From Octopus sinensis (lineage: Eukaryota): a stretch of 64,000 nt of DNA. Every line of letters begins with the position of its first letter. Positions within the stretch are counted from its first letter, which is position 1. Below the pieces are notes generated by a model. The model had not been told where the DNA came from and searched no databases. It saw only the letters and a list, made by a program, of their open reading frames with translations. The DNA is taken from positions 9,238,001 to 9,302,000 of the forward strand of contig NC_043017.1 in NCBI RefSeq assembly GCF_006345805.1, written 5' to 3'. Below are positions 62,667-64,000 of the stretch, one piece after another. The position numbers and the translations under genes are program-made.

Positions 62667-63002
62667 TTAAGGCTACACGCCTGTGGAGTACTCAGCCACT
62701 GGCATGTCATATTCAAGAGGAGGCTGTTCTGTTGATCGGATCAGCTGGAACACTCATTGTCATAACCAACTGACAGCCCAGCCAGTTCTCACACACTCAG
62801 CTTGCGGCTGAGAGTATGATTAATGTACCAGCTGTTCACTTAGTCTAAATTAAGGTCATGTGTTCTTTCCAAGTCTCACAAACTCTGCACTTACTCTTTA
62901 CTCTGCTAAATAATGCTGTCTTTTTCTGGACCTGCTCTATTTTCATTCTCATTTCTATCTTTTCCGCAGCACTTTTAATTTCTTGGCTCACTGTACCTTC
63001 AG

Positions 63003-63198
63003 ATCATCATCATCATCATCATCACCATCATCAACATCATCATCAACATCATCATCATCATCACATCATCATCATCAACATCATCATCAACATCATCATC
63101 ATCATCATCATCATCAACATCATCATCATCATCAACATCATCATCAACATCATCATCATCACCATCACCAACATCATCATCATCACCATCATCATCAA

Positions 63199-63252
<54 letters not shown>

Positions 63253-63255
63253 TAC
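63003..63255. repeat. (CAT)n tract
   Basis: Directly visible. Confidence 0.95.
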
Positions 63256-63267
63256 TATTATTCAAGA

Positions 63268-63756
63268 TGGCGAGCTGGCAGAACCGTTAGCACGCTGGAC
63301 GAAATGCTTAGCGGCACTTCACCCATTCTTGTGTTCTGAGTTCAAATTCCACCGAGGTCGGCTTTGCCTTTCGTTCTTCCAGGGTCAATGAACTGAGTAC
63401 CAGTGAAACATTGCGGTTGATGTAATCGACTACTCCCCTCCCCACAAATTTCAGGCCTTGTGCCTATAGTAGAAAGGATTTTTATTATTACTACTACAAC
63501 TACTACTACTACTACTACTACTATTGTTGTTGTTGTTATTTTAGGTGGTGAGCTGGCAGAATCATTAGCATGCTGGATGAAGTGCTTCACGGCATTGCAC
63601 CCATTCTTGCGTTCTGAGTTCAGATTCCACCAAGGTTGACTTTGCCTTTCATCCTTTTCAGGGTCAGTAAATTAAGTACCAGCGAAACACTGGGGTCGCT
63701 GTAATTGACTAGCCCTCTCCCCACAAATTTCAGGCCCTGTGACTCCAGTAGAAAAG

Positions 63757-63760
<4 letters not shown>
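63268..63760 (+). mobile_element. Two family B SINEs (63268-63480 and 63543-63760)
   Basis: Head, B domain and (ATT)n tails. Confidence 0.88.
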
Positions 63761-63810
<50 letters not shown>

Positions 63811-64000
63811 GAGTGAGGGAGCAGTGCATGCCATCAAAGTGACACTGGGGTAAAATATACGAAGCCCAGTATACCCATCATGACTACCCCTCTGATAAGG
63901 GTGCACTAGGCACATGCATCACAACCATATGTGTGCGACATGGTGATCTCATATTAAAATAAACAGCACATGACCTTGCAGGTGGGGCCCAGTTAGAATT
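63811..64000 (-). mobile_element. Family G repeat 3' end, cut by the window edge
   Basis: Reverse complement of 16105-16297. Confidence 0.8.

Overview
Eukaryotic, extremely repeat-dense DNA. The SINE, LINE and MITE families and the microsatellite load look like an Octopus (coleoid cephalopod) genome; this comes from recall, not a search. No host gene can be identified with confidence. The best candidate is one minus-strand exon at 22427-22634. Nearly all ORFs in the track are artefacts of simple repeats or of a 66-bp minisatellite. Contents: (1) at least four tRNA-derived SINE families (working labels A, B, D, E), in dozens of copies; (2) 3' fragments of CR1-group and R4/Dong-type LINEs; (3) non-autonomous DNA transposons (hAT, piggyBac-type, mariner, Tigger-like, one Merlin-like); (4) Penelope-like remnants with degenerate hammerhead-like motifs; (5) a ~5.8-kb array of a 66-bp unit expanded inside a SINE; (6) a 100-N scaffold gap that coincides with a step in CpG content. 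Most notable: a CR1 fragment flanked by a 104-bp duplication whose flank reappears 48 kb away attached to a second CR1 fragment; the SINE-born minisatellite; and the probable partner LINE of SINE family A, which shares a 3' tail with a covarying hairpin. All coordinates and counts were read by eye; ends of old repeats are approximate.
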